Positions 1 to 10,500 of a DNA stretch of 33,370 nt are shown piece by piece. Source of the DNA: Chrysochromulina tobinii (Eukaryota); NCBI GenBank assembly GCA_001275005.1, contig JWZX01002482.1, positions 1 to 33,370 of the forward strand, in the 5' to 3' direction. The number at the start of each line of letters is the position of its first letter. Within the stretch, counting starts at the first letter, position 1. A program made the translations under genes and the position numbers. A model generated the notes under the pieces. The model ran no database searches. It saw nothing but the letters and a program-made list of their open reading frames with translations, and was not told the origin of the DNA.

Positions 1-1215
1 GGTGTTGTGCGTGGCGGGGCGCGCGGCCGCGGCCGCGCCCGTGGCAGTGCGCGCGGTGGCCGCGGAAGCGCCCGTTCCGAGGCTCTCGCGCCCACGGTGC
101 TGGCCGCCGAGTCTGCCCCGCCCGCGCCGCCGCTGCGCTTCCGCTCCGTGCTGATCGACGAGGCGACGCAGTCCACCGAGCCGGCTAGTCTCGTGCCACT
201 CCTCTACAGGGCTTCGCAGCTCTTCCTAGTTGGCGACTCCCAGCAGCTACCTCCGACGGTGACCGATGTCGGCGCGGCGCGCGCCGGGCTCGCCACCTCG
301 CTCTTCGAGCGGCTCCAGCGCTGCGGGCTCGAGCCGCTGCTCCTCGACACACAGTACCGCATGCATCCGGCCATCGCCGCGTTCCCGTCGGCCCAGTTTT
401 ACGCCAACCGGCTCATCTCCGCGGTCTCCCCCGAGGATCGCCCCCGCCCCGCTGGCCTCGCTTGGCCGAGCCCGCAGTCGCCCATCGCGTTTGTCAGCCT
501 CGCAGGCGGCGAGCGGCGCAAGGTGCTCAGCGCGGTTGGCGAGGGGACGCTGCCCGAGGCCGCGGCCGCTCTTCCTCTCGGCTCTGAGGCCGAGGGCGAG
601 GGAGCGGCCGAGGACGAGGATGGCAGTGAGGGCGGCAGCGGCGGTGAGGGCGGGGGCGGCAGTGAGGGCAGCGGCGCCAGCAGCGACGGCGCCACTTCGT
701 ACTCGAATGCTCGCGAGGCCTCAGCCATAGCGTCCATCGCTGCCTCGCTGCTCGCGAACGGCATGGCCGCGTGCGACATCGGCGTGCTCACGCCATACGC
801 GGCGCAGGCGCTCGTCTTGCAGCAGGCGCTCGCGGCCATGGATGCAAAGGCGCGCCGAGGGCGGCCGCCCGGGCCGCCCGGGCCGCCGGGCTGCGCTGCC
901 ATTGAGGTGAGCTCGGTTGACGGCTTCCAGGGGCGCGAGAAGGAAGTGATCCTCTTTTCGGCCGTGCGATCGAATGCGGCGCGTCGCGTCGGCTTTCTTT
1001 CGGACGCGCGCCGGCTCAACGTGGCGCTCACGCGCGCGCGGAGCGGCCTCGTGCTCGTCGGCGACGACGCGACCCTCGGCGCCGACCCCAACTGGCGCGC
1101 CTACTTGAGCTTCCTGCGCCGGCGCGGCTGTGTCGTGCGCTCGGTGGAGGAGCTGTTGCAGCTGCCGGACGGGGGCGGGGCCTCTGAGAATACTGAGATA
1201 CAGATTGAGGAATGA
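1..1215 (+). CDS. UPF1/IGHMBP2/SEN1-like superfamily 1 helicase, C-terminal part (5' truncated by window edge or upstream exons)
   Basis: The SF1B motifs occur in order: LIDEATQ (II), LVGDSQQLPP (III), SLFERL, QYRMHP, IGVLTPY, SVDGFQGREKEVI (V), GFLSDARRLNVALTRAR (VI). No Walker A motif is present and the frame is open to base 1. Confidence 0.9.
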   Translation, partial: GVVRGGARGRGRARGSARGGRGSARSEALAPTVLAAESAPPAPPLRFRSVLIDEATQSTEPASLVPLLYRASQLFLVGDSQQLPPTVTDVGAARAGLATSLFERLQRCGLEPLLLDTQYRMHPAIAAFPSAQFYANRLISAVSPEDRPRPAGLAWPSPQSPIAFVSLAGGERRKVLSAVGEGTLPEAAAALPLGSEAEGEGAAEDEDGSEGGSGGEGGGGSEGSGASSDGATSYSNAREASAIASIAASLLANGMAACDIGVLTPYAAQALVLQQALAAMDAKARRGRPPGPPGPPGCAAIEVSSVDGFQGREKEVILFSAVRSNAARRVGFLSDARRLNVALTRARSGLVLVGDDATLGADPNWRAYLSFLRRRGCVVRSVEELLQLPDGGGASENTEIQIEE

Positions 1216-1714
1216 ACCATTGCACCAAGGAGAGCCTCGCGGACACCTGTGAAGACTCGATGTGAAGACGACAGGAATGTGAAGACGACAGGCACCCCGG
1301 CACCGTACTGCGTCTCCTACGAGGCACTAGTTCAAGGCACTAGGTTCACCGAGTAGAACGAGTACCGTACTTCGGTACCGGTAGCGGTGAACCGGTACAG
1401 GCTACTCTCTACTGCTTAGTACTGTATACCCGAACCTGCCTGGCGCCACAGCGGGCGCGGCAATGGGGCGCGGGTCGCGGGTGCCTTCATCCCCATGGGC
1501 CGCATGGCGATGGCCCTTCATCACACACACCTCACACATCCTTGGGAGCGGGAGGGGCCGGGTCGGGTTCGCGGAGCGCGGTCTCTCTTACATGTATATC
1601 TGAGTCGGGCTCCGCCGTTGACCGGAAACGAGGCGCCGAATTGAGCGCCCAGGATGGCGCCCGGAGTTTTGGACCCTTGCGAATTCATTCAGGGCGACCT
1701 GTCGCGCCAGCTTC

Positions 1715-4700
1715 ATGCCGCCCATAGCTCGAGCGGGCGCTCGCGCGACGGCTGGACCCGGTCTGAACATCAATAAGATAGTCCAGCGATTAAAGCAACC
1801 AGAGGAGCGTAACCCGGCTCCAAGCGATCGGCCTAGCGATGGGCTGGCCTCCAATAAGGGCTCCAAGCGATCCGATCGAGTAACGAGGGAGTTCCAGATC
1901 GAGGGAGCACCAGCGACGGAGGCACCACCGCTGACCTCACACCGCAAAAAGCAGACTCCTGCAGCGGAAAATGGTGGCGTCGTTGATTGGGCGCGGGTTT
2001 TGGGCATGAAGCAAGAAAGGCCAAACAGCGTGAAGGGCAAGAAGGGCAAGGGCAAACCGGATGTTGTAGGCGCCTTCAAGAAGGCGCTGCCATCGGGCTC
2101 GTCGAGAGCCAAGGGCTCGAAGCGCTCGCAGCCTTCACAACGCAGCCGACGCACCGGCAGCCCGATGAACGACGAGGAGGAGGCGGAGAGCGGAGAGGAG
2201 GAGGCGGCGCCCTCATCCGAGCCGCCGACCACTGCGGAGTCGTCAGACGCGGCTGGCGCGCCAGATGCAATGTCCCTCGGCGCGATCATCGAGGAGGACG
2301 AGGTTGCAGCTGCTGCCGAGGCGCCGAGCGCAGCAGCGGCACCGGCTGCCGTCGTGGAGGCGGCTGCCGCGGCGCCCGAGCATGTCCAGGATCCAGAGGA
2401 CCTGACTTGTGTGTATACGGCGCCCTCCGTGTTCGTGCTGGATTTCACCACAGCGGCCGCGGGCTGTTATCAGATCAACGGGTGGGGCGCGCGGTTCACA
2501 CCGCCCTTTGTCGAGCAGGCCCAACGAGGGGACGTGTACGAGCTGCTCGTGGGAGACGTGGCCCTGGGACGCTTCCAATACGCACCAGTGGCTGAGATGG
2601 CCAAGCCTGAGGACGGGTTCGTCAATGCGGACGGGCGCCTCCGAGTGAGCTCCCGCAATATGGGCGGAGAGACCGTTCACATGAAGGTGGGCACGGCCAC
2701 CGTCACACTGCGGCTGGACGTCGCCCTCAGCCCTCCACGGGTCGATCCATCATCGATCGCGCCTGCTCAGTCGCCTGTCGAACTTCGAGAGGAAGTCGAC
2801 GCATTGCCGTTGGGATCACACCGCACCGAGCCGTTATCCAGGTCGCCCATGAGCAATCACACCAAGCCCAGAGCATCGTCCACGCTGAGCAGAACGATCG
2901 ATGTAAGCTTCAAGAAAGGTGCCCTCCCGTCAGGCGGGGGCTCTTCCGCCAATAGCCTTCGACTCTCTCAGCTATCGCAGCGATCGCAGGGATCCCAGCC
3001 ATCGCAGCGTGCCTCAAAAGAGGAGCCGATGTCTTCACAGCGCTCGCAACGCTCGCAACGCTCGCAGCGCGAGGCCATTGGGAGTAGCGCCAGGCCCAAG
3101 GGGAAGCTGACCAAAAAGAGCCGACCCAAAAAAGAGTCGAGAGAGTCAAGAGACTCGTTTCACCCGAGAGTGATGGAGGCTCCGGACGCGGGAGATCCCA
3201 GAGGAGATGATGAGCTGGCCGTACCCTGGTACGTGTCGTCCCCCGGAGTCTACGAGGGTGCTGAGGATGGCGAGGGCGATGGGGGCGAGGATGGCCCTGA
3301 CTGGGCGCTTGGCATTGAGGAAGAGGTCCCCTCACCGCGTGCCTCGGTGGTAGCCATGGTGACAACACCCCTTGCGGGCATGGCCGCGGCGATGGCGAAT
3401 GCGGTGGGCACCGCGATCAGCGCGCTCATGGCGCCGACACAGGAGGAAATGGGCGCGAGCAATGGCGAGGCGGCCGCAAGTGGTAGCGGGCCGACGATGG
3501 AGCCTGTGGATTCGTCCACGGCTCCGGATGGTAGCGGGCCGACGATGGAGCCTGTGGATTCGACAGCCGACGGAGCCGCTCTGGACGTCGAGGCGTCGTC
3601 CATGCTGCCAATGGGCTGGTTCGAGTTTACGGACCTAGCGAGTGGCTTGCCGTACTTTTTGGATGCAGACGGGCAGGTGACTTGGGACGACCCGCGCACG
3701 TCCATGCTGCCAACGGGCTGGTTCGAGTTCAAGGACCTAGCGAGTGGCTTGCCGTACTTTATGGATTCAGACGGGCAGGTGACTTGGGATGACCCCCGCA
3801 CCATCGGCGTTGAGACGAAGCCTGCAGACGCATCGGAGCCGGAGCCGATGTACGTGCAAGGCGCCCAACTGCCGCTCGGGTGGCGACAATTTTTCGACTC
3901 AGCTACCGGCAGGCCATACTTTGTGGATGCGGTAGGCCTAACGACGTGGGACGACCCCCGCACCCTCGCCGTTGAAGGTGAGGGTCTTGAGGCACCCGCG
4001 CCTCGAGCAGCGGCACCCTCGAAGGCCAGCGCGGAAGCCAAGGCAGCGGCAGACAAGGTCGCCGCCGACAAGATCGCCGCCGATAAGGCTGCAGCGGAAG
4101 CAGCAGCGGCAGCGGAAGCAGCAGCGGCAGACAAGGTCGCCGCCGACAAGATCGCCGCCGATAAGGCTGCAGCGGAAGCAGCAGCGGCAGCGGAAGCAGC
4201 GGCGGCAGCGGAGGCAGCGGAGCTCGAGGCGTTCATGGCCGACCCAGTAGCATTCTTGGCCGCGGCAACAGCCGCAGCTGAGGCCGAGGCGGCAGCAGTG
4301 GCAACAGCCGCAGCCGAGGCCGAGGCGGCAGCAGCGGAGCCGGAGCCTGTAGCTTATGTGGCACTCGGCTGGTCTTCCGAACCTGTAGCCGAGGCCGAGC
4401 CAGCAGCAGAGCCGGAACCCGCAGCCGAGGCCGAGGCCGAGGCGGCGGCAGCGGAGCCGGAGCCTATAGCGTATGTGGCACTCGGCTGGTCTTCCGAACC
4501 TGTAGCCGAGGCCGAGCCAGCAGCAGAGCCGGAGCCCGCAGCCGAGACCGAGGCGGCGGCAGCGGAGCCGGAGCCTATAGCTTATGTGGCACTCGGTTGG
4601 TCTTCCGAACCTGTAGCCGAGGCCGAGCCTGCAGCAGAGCTGGAGCCCGCAGCCGAGGCCGAGGCGGCGGCAGCGGAGCCGGAGCCTGTAGCTTATGTGG

Positions 4701-6499
4701 CACTCGGTTGGTCTTCCGAACCTGTAGCCGAGGCCGAGCCAGCAGCAGAGCCGGAGCCCGCAGCCGAGGCCGAGGCGGCGGCAGCGGAGCCGGAGCCTAT
4801 AGCTTATGTGGCACTCGGCTGGTCTTCCGAACCTGTAGCCGAGGCCGAGCCAGCAGCAGAGCCGGAGCCCGCAGCCGAGGCCGAGGCGGCAGTGGAGCCA
4901 GAGCCTGCACCGGAGGAGCTCCACGAGAAGCAGAAGAAAGAAGAGATTGAGACGGAAGAGCAGGGCGCAGCGGCAACCAAGCTGCAGGCTGTGCACCGCG
5001 GTCGGCGCGATCGCCAATTGCTCCGCGAGCAGGCTGACGCGGCGACTAAGCTGCAAGCCGTGCACCGTGGCAAGTCAGCTCGCCGCAACGGTGTTGCGCG
5101 ATCTGCATCGCAGCCGGAGCCCACACGGTTGATCGCTGATAGAGTTCGCAAGCTCTTTGACGCTATAGATATGGACGGTAGCGGCACGATCGACCGCCTC
5201 GAGCTCGCCATCAAGCTCAAGAGGGACGCCGAGTTGGAAGGGATTCTCGGTCTGGCCGACGCCAAGGGTTTCCAAGGCGTGGTCCAGCTGCTTCGTCAAC
5301 TGGAAGAAGATCGCCTGCTCGATTTGGACGGCGATACCAAGATCTCATTTGCGGAGTTTGAGCGCGCCGTGTCCGACGCGGCGAAGGCCGACCGGCAGCT
5401 GGTGCTCAAGGCGGTGAGCAGTCTTGCGGAGGCCACCAACGCAGCAGGATCTGCAGCTGATGCCAAGCGTGCAGATGACGCCGGGTCCGCACTACGAGTT
5501 GCAGCAGGGCCGGTGCCTGCGATGGAGGAGCTTCCGTCTCCCGATGTCAACGAGCGACGACGCAGGACGCCGCTACTCGACACGGAGTATGTGAGCGAGT
5601 ACCTGCCGCCGCCGCAGGATGAGATCGGCCCACCTGCGAGGCTACCACCTTTCTCCGAGGTCAAAAGTAGTAAACGGCTGGCGTTCGATCTACCGGGACT
5701 TCCGACCCGGACAGTGGCTGCCGTCTCGCCCATCATCACGCCACCTCTTGGTCTCATGCCGCCGCCGCGGCTGCCCGCCGACATCGACTCGATGCCGCCG
5801 CCCAAGAAGGTCCCCTTGCTGGATACCGACTGGGTTTCGTCAGGATTCGTCCGGGTTCGTCAGGGTTCGTTCCTGGATGAGCTCTCGCCTCCGCAGCGCC
5901 CACCTCCCTCCTGGCGTGCGGGCGCGCCGGCACCAGCGGCAGACACGCCCATGCTCATCTTCGATCCCTTTACTGGTGCAAGCATGCCATCGGCAGCAGC
6001 GCCGGCAGCAGCGCCAGCAGCAGCGCCAGCAGCAGCGGAGACGAGCATCTTTGATGGCTGGGTGCGTTTCTGGGAAGTGGGAGCCCCTTCATCAGCGCCA
6101 TCATCAACTCCATCAGCCGCGCTTTCATCAGCGCCTTCATCAGCGCCAGCAGCCGCGCCATCATCGACGGCAGTCGAGCCATCATCAACGGCAGTTGAGC
6201 CATCATCAACGGCAGTCGAGCCATCATCAACGGCAGTTGAGCCGTCATCAACGGCAGTTGAGCCGCCTCCGTCGCCGCCTCCCTTGCCGCCCCTATCAGC
6301 AGCTGAGCACAGCACAGCCATGTTGGCGCCAGGGGTCAGTTGGAGCCCAACGGCCTTTCCCCACAGCTCCCAAGTGGCAGCCTCGATGCGACTGCCACGG
6401 CGCCAGTGGGCCCCCAGCTCGCATGGCCGTGACAGCGGCTTAGACCCGAAAGCCCTCTCTGCCACGGGACGCTCAGGTGGGAGATTAGTGGGAGATTAG
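1715..6499 (+). CDS. Large low-complexity protein with 3 WW-like domains, 2 IQ motifs and an EF-hand pair
   Basis: 1594-aa uninterrupted ORF. It contains LPxGW...YF...TWDDPR three times (~3600-3960), AATKLQAVHRG twice (~4968-5075), and EF loops DMDGSGTIDRLE and DLDGDTKISFAE (~5165-5360). Confidence 0.8.
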   Translation: MPPIARAGARATAGPGLNINKIVQRLKQPEERNPAPSDRPSDGLASNKGSKRSDRVTREFQIEGAPATEAPPLTSHRKKQTPAAENGGVVDWARVLGMKQERPNSVKGKKGKGKPDVVGAFKKALPSGSSRAKGSKRSQPSQRSRRTGSPMNDEEEAESGEEEAAPSSEPPTTAESSDAAGAPDAMSLGAIIEEDEVAAAAEAPSAAAAPAAVVEAAAAAPEHVQDPEDLTCVYTAPSVFVLDFTTAAAGCYQINGWGARFTPPFVEQAQRGDVYELLVGDVALGRFQYAPVAEMAKPEDGFVNADGRLRVSSRNMGGETVHMKVGTATVTLRLDVALSPPRVDPSSIAPAQSPVELREEVDALPLGSHRTEPLSRSPMSNHTKPRASSTLSRTIDVSFKKGALPSGGGSSANSLRLSQLSQRSQGSQPSQRASKEEPMSSQRSQRSQRSQREAIGSSARPKGKLTKKSRPKKESRESRDSFHPRVMEAPDAGDPRGDDELAVPWYVSSPGVYEGAEDGEGDGGEDGPDWALGIEEEVPSPRASVVAMVTTPLAGMAAAMANAVGTAISALMAPTQEEMGASNGEAAASGSGPTMEPVDSSTAPDGSGPTMEPVDSTADGAALDVEASSMLPMGWFEFTDLASGLPYFLDADGQVTWDDPRTSMLPTGWFEFKDLASGLPYFMDSDGQVTWDDPRTIGVETKPADASEPEPMYVQGAQLPLGWRQFFDSATGRPYFVDAVGLTTWDDPRTLAVEGEGLEAPAPRAAAPSKASAEAKAAADKVAADKIAADKAAAEAAAAAEAAAADKVAADKIAADKAAAEAAAAAEAAAAAEAAELEAFMADPVAFLAAATAAAEAEAAAVATAAAEAEAAAAEPEPVAYVALGWSSEPVAEAEPAAEPEPAAEAEAEAAAAEPEPIAYVALGWSSEPVAEAEPAAEPEPAAETEAAAAEPEPIAYVALGWSSEPVAEAEPAAELEPAAEAEAAAAEPEPVAYVALGWSSEPVAEAEPAAEPEPAAEAEAAAAEPEPIAYVALGWSSEPVAEAEPAAEPEPAAEAEAAVEPEPAPEELHEKQKKEEIETEEQGAAATKLQAVHRGRRDRQLLREQADAATKLQAVHRGKSARRNGVARSASQPEPTRLIADRVRKLFDAIDMDGSGTIDRLELAIKLKRDAELEGILGLADAKGFQGVVQLLRQLEEDRLLDLDGDTKISFAEFERAVSDAAKADRQLVLKAVSSLAEATNAAGSAADAKRADDAGSALRVAAGPVPAMEELPSPDVNERRRRTPLLDTEYVSEYLPPPQDEIGPPARLPPFSEVKSSKRLAFDLPGLPTRTVAAVSPIITPPLGLMPPPRLPADIDSMPPPKKVPLLDTDWVSSGFVRVRQGSFLDELSPPQRPPPSWRAGAPAPAADTPMLIFDPFTGASMPSAAAPAAAPAAAPAAAETSIFDGWVRFWEVGAPSSAPSSTPSAALSSAPSSAPAAAPSSTAVEPSSTAVEPSSTAVEPSSTAVEPSSTAVEPPPSPPPLPPLSAAEHSTAMLAPGVSWSPTAFPHSSQVAASMRLPRRQWAPSSHGRDSGLDPKALSATGRSGGRLVGD
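4320..4890 (+). repeat. Coding tandem repeat, 5 near-identical ~111-bp (37-aa) units AEPEP(I/V)AYVALGWSSEPVAEAEPAAEPEPAAEAEAAA
   Basis: tatgtggcactcgg(c/t)tggtcttccgaacctgtagccgaggccgag recurs at ~4355, 4472, 4583, 4694 and 4805. Confidence 0.95.
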
Positions 6500-7520
6500 T
6501 GGGACAGATGGGCCTCCCGCCAAACACCACACCACAGGACACGGGTGCCGTAGTCTAGAGGCCTACTTCGGAGATGGGCTCCGCGCCAGCACCCTGCCAG
6601 CAGCGGAGGCACAGGCACAGACGCCGTTTCGTCAGACGTCACCGACCGACACCGAGAATGTGACGGGGGGAACGACGACGAGGAGATATAAGAAAGTCGC
6701 GGTATAGTCGAGATAGACCAAAGGTTAAATTTACTCTCTTCAGTTAGTCAGTCCAACAGCTACAACACGAGAGCCAAGCGTACACCGGCGGCGTCGCACA
6801 GACGCGACACGCGGACCAACCCCATTCGGGCATGCATTCGGGCCATGACGCATGATTCGGGCCCCTTTCCTCTATGTAACAGTCTCTACTCATCATGAAC
6901 TGTGGTGAGTAACTTCCTATCTCATGGCAAGCCCTTATCTTCATATAGGATAGCCATGGCGACTGGGCTACGTTCATTGGGGAATGCATGGCGGCGACCA
7001 GCATCATGTACTCGTCATTCGTCATACGTGGCACAAATGGAAGTCAACCTCTCGGATGTCCGTCAGAAGAGATGTTCGAACTCGATGCGGCAAGCAGTCG
7101 ACCGTCTGTAGGAGCCTTGCTCAAGGACGAATCAAGGACGAATCCGAGATACGGGGATGAGCCTGGTGTCCCAACGCAGGTATAGCTATCGCCGGATTGG
7201 TGCGCCTCTGCCAGAGGCAAATAGGTTCCGTGTCTCGTCTCGTCCAGAGGATTTCGCCGAGCTGGAGGTGGTTGCGACCGCAAGGTAAGGAACGATAAGG
7301 GGTTGGTGGATCCCTGCATAGTCTGATACCGGAGACGAGGAGGCAGCCGCAAGGTATGTTGAACCTTCGAAGACCTGAGACGAAAGCAAGCGGTGTCTTT
7401 CAGTTGAGACGCTCCTTTTGTGTCGTCAAGTACAAATGAAATCATCTCCTCATATTGTGATTTACGCTCATTTTCCATCAAAAAGCCGTGACGAAACCCG
7501 TTATGCGCTCACAGACGAGA

Positions 7521-10500
7521 TCACACGCGGTTCGTCGTAAAGCGCCTCGCGATCGGCGTGTTGCCAGCCGAAGCCCAGCGCCTCGCTGGAGCACCCGCCC
7601 CACCGTCATCCTTCTCTCGCGTCTGTGAAGGCCCGGCTGACTCGGCGCCGTCTTGTGCGCCGTTGCGACGCTGTGCCACCTGCTGCCGCCGCTGCTTACG
7701 CTTCTTCGTCCCGTCTCGCTCCTTGCGCTTGCAGTTGCGCCGCCGCCCCTCCGACGGCACTCCCTCCGACGGCACTCCCTCGCCTCCTCTGGCCTCTGGG
7801 CTACCGGTACTCACAGCAGGTGCCATGAGCAACGCCGCCGATGCACTCGCCGAAGCCAACTCTGCTTTCACATTCACATTCACAGTCAAATTCACACTCG
7901 TCGAAGCCAGCTCTGCTTGGCGCTGCCGTAGCTGGCGCCGTTTCATCTGCCTGCTGCTCAGCGCTTCACCTGCCTGCAGCTCAGTGACAGCCCCCCCTTG
8001 CGCCGTCGCCCCCTTCAACGTCCCTGCCAGCGGCACCGGCGGCGGCGTACTAGGCGCCTGCTCGGCTTCGGGCTCGTCGGCAGCCAGAGCTCGCGTCGTC
8101 GTGGGCATATGCATGCTAGGCGCCTGCTCGGCTTCGGGCTCATCGGCAGCCAGCCGTTGGCGCTTGCGCTCTTGCTTGCGCGCCTTCTTATCCTCATCCG
8201 CCCCCGCGTCGTCTTGGGCACTTGCGTGCTTGCGATCCCTCTTTCGACTGGACTTGGCCTCGTCGGGCCGCTTGCCCTTAGCTCTGCGCTGCCCATGGGC
8301 CGCCGCTTCATCCTCCGCCTCCTCCGCCTCCTCCGCCTCCTCCGCCTCCTCCGCCTCCTCCGCCTCCTCCGCCTCCTCCGCCTCCTCCGCGTCGGCCACC
8401 TCCTCCGCCTCCTCCTCGCCCGCCGCGTTGGTAGCACCCCGCTCGCCCGCCCGTCCCCCCGCACTCCACACCACGAAACGACCATCCGCCGACATCGTCG
8501 CACGCACCCACGCGAACGTGCCATGCAGCGCAAGCAGTCGCCCCAAAGGGACCTGCTCCTGACAGACGATCCAAAGCACGCCCGACCGCCTGAGCCGCTT
8601 GCGCGCGCCGCTGATGAGCTCCGCAATCACCCCAAAGTCATCGGGCTGCCCTCGATGGACGGGCGGGTTGGACACGATCCAATCGTACTTTGGGGGCGTA
8701 GTCCCCTTTTTGGGAAAGGCGATCGGCGTGTGCGGCCAGCCCGCGCTCAGGAGGACGCGCGCCGTGCTGGGCACGTTGGCGCGCGCCGCCTCGACGGCGA
8801 CCGCATCGGCATCGAGCAGATGCAACTTGAGGGTTGCGCCGTTGGTGCCGGCCGCGAGCGCGGCGGCGATCGCCCCGCTTCCACAGCAATAGTCGAGGAT
8901 GCGAGCGTGCACGGGCGGAGTGGGTAGCGCGCCCAACAGGGCGCTCGTCATCACGTCGAGCCCGCCGCCAGCAAAGAGACCGGGGTAGGTGTGCCACACG
9001 ACTGGGGCGGAGGCGGCGGAGGCGGCGGAGGCGGCGGAGGCGGCAGAGGAGTCGGCGGTGGTGGCGGTGGTGGCGGCGGAGGTGCGCTTGGGGACGCCGG
9101 TGGCAGTGGGCTTGAAGTTCGGCCATTCGATAGTACCACACGTGCGCCATCCCGCCAAGCTGGCCCTTGGCTCTCCCGCCGCCCCCGGCGCCTCATCGCG
9201 CCGTGTCGCCCAGTAGAGGAGCACCCCCTCTTCCGCATTGATCTCGAGCACATGGGCCTCGCCGTACGCTGCGCTGATGAGCGGCCCCGCGCCCTCGGCG
9301 CCTTCATCTGCATTGCCGCACAGCCATAGAGGCGCACCCGGAGCGGTGACCGCGGCCACCGCATGCAGCGCCATCGCCGCCGCCTCGCCGGCGGCGTACC
9401 ACGGCCAACGCACCAGGCAAGCTTCGTACAGCCCTCCCCCGACGCGGCCACCGGCGCCGCCCTTACCGCCGCCGCCCTTGCCGCCGCCGCCCTTGCCGCC
9501 GCCGCCCTTGGCGTCATCATCCGCCGGTGCGGCAGGCCACGCCGCGGCCGCCGCGTCCACGTTCGTTGCCGCAAAGCGACGCCAGTGCGTCGGGCGCCAG
9601 CCGGCGCGCACGAGGGCTGCGTCGAGCGCCGCATCGGGATCGAAGCCAGCGAGCAGGATGCGCTTTCCTAATTTGGGCACACTGTGGGATTCCCACGGGG
9701 CACGGCGGAGCAGCAGAGAGGGAGCGCGTGCATTCATCCGTTGGGCGCGCTCGTGCGTCGCGGCAAAGGCAACCTCGGCGACGCTCGTCATGATGCCTAT
9801 CAAAGGGTCGGACTCGAAGAGGGACGACTCTTTCCTAACAAGGGACAACTCTCCCTCGAGCGAGTCGCCGCCCTCCGCGTCGCCGCCTGCGCTCGCCACA
9901 GCGCTCGCCCCGTGCCCGCCCGCGAACCGCGACGACGACGCCGCCACGCCTCGCGCCGTCCTGAGCGCGATCTCGACGTGCCCGATGGATCTCCAGCCGA
10001 GATGCTCGACCACATCCGCCACGCGCGCTCGCAGCGCCTCTAGCCATCGAGCCGCCACGTCCGCAGGCAGCTGCGCGACCACCCACGGGCGCGAGAGCGC
10101 CCAGGCCGCAATCCCAAGCTTGTTGGCAGTCAGGCGGGGCGCTGCCGCCGCCGCCGCCGCCCCGAGCTGCGCTGAGAGCGCCGCGACGCCGCCGACGCCG
10201 CCGACGCCACCAACTCCGCGGAGGGCGCTGTCGAGCTTTGCGAGGGCTCCGAGCGCGTACACAAGCTGCTGCGGCGCAAGGCCCGCGGCCGCGACGCGCT
10301 CGAGACGGCGCGAGAGCGCCACCACCGACAGCGGCTCGACGCCGTCACGCAGCCGGCACAGGCCCCAAAGCAGCTGCGTGCACGAGGCGCTGTCGAAGGC
10401 GTCGGGACGCGCGCGCGCCTCGCGACAGACGGCGGCGGCGAGAGGCGCGTGCTCGATCTCGAGGTTCGCAAACGCCCACGCGAGCGTCGCAATCGACTGC

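Noticed and set aside
1330..1440. Short inverted repeat ggttcaccg/cggtgaacc as a possible MITE
   Set aside because: It is only 9 bp, with no clear TSD and no second copy in the window.
6590..6650. Possible SECIS (GTGAC...AAA) on the minus strand
   Set aside because: The spacing is too short and no complementary 3' arm with the GA quartet was found by eye.
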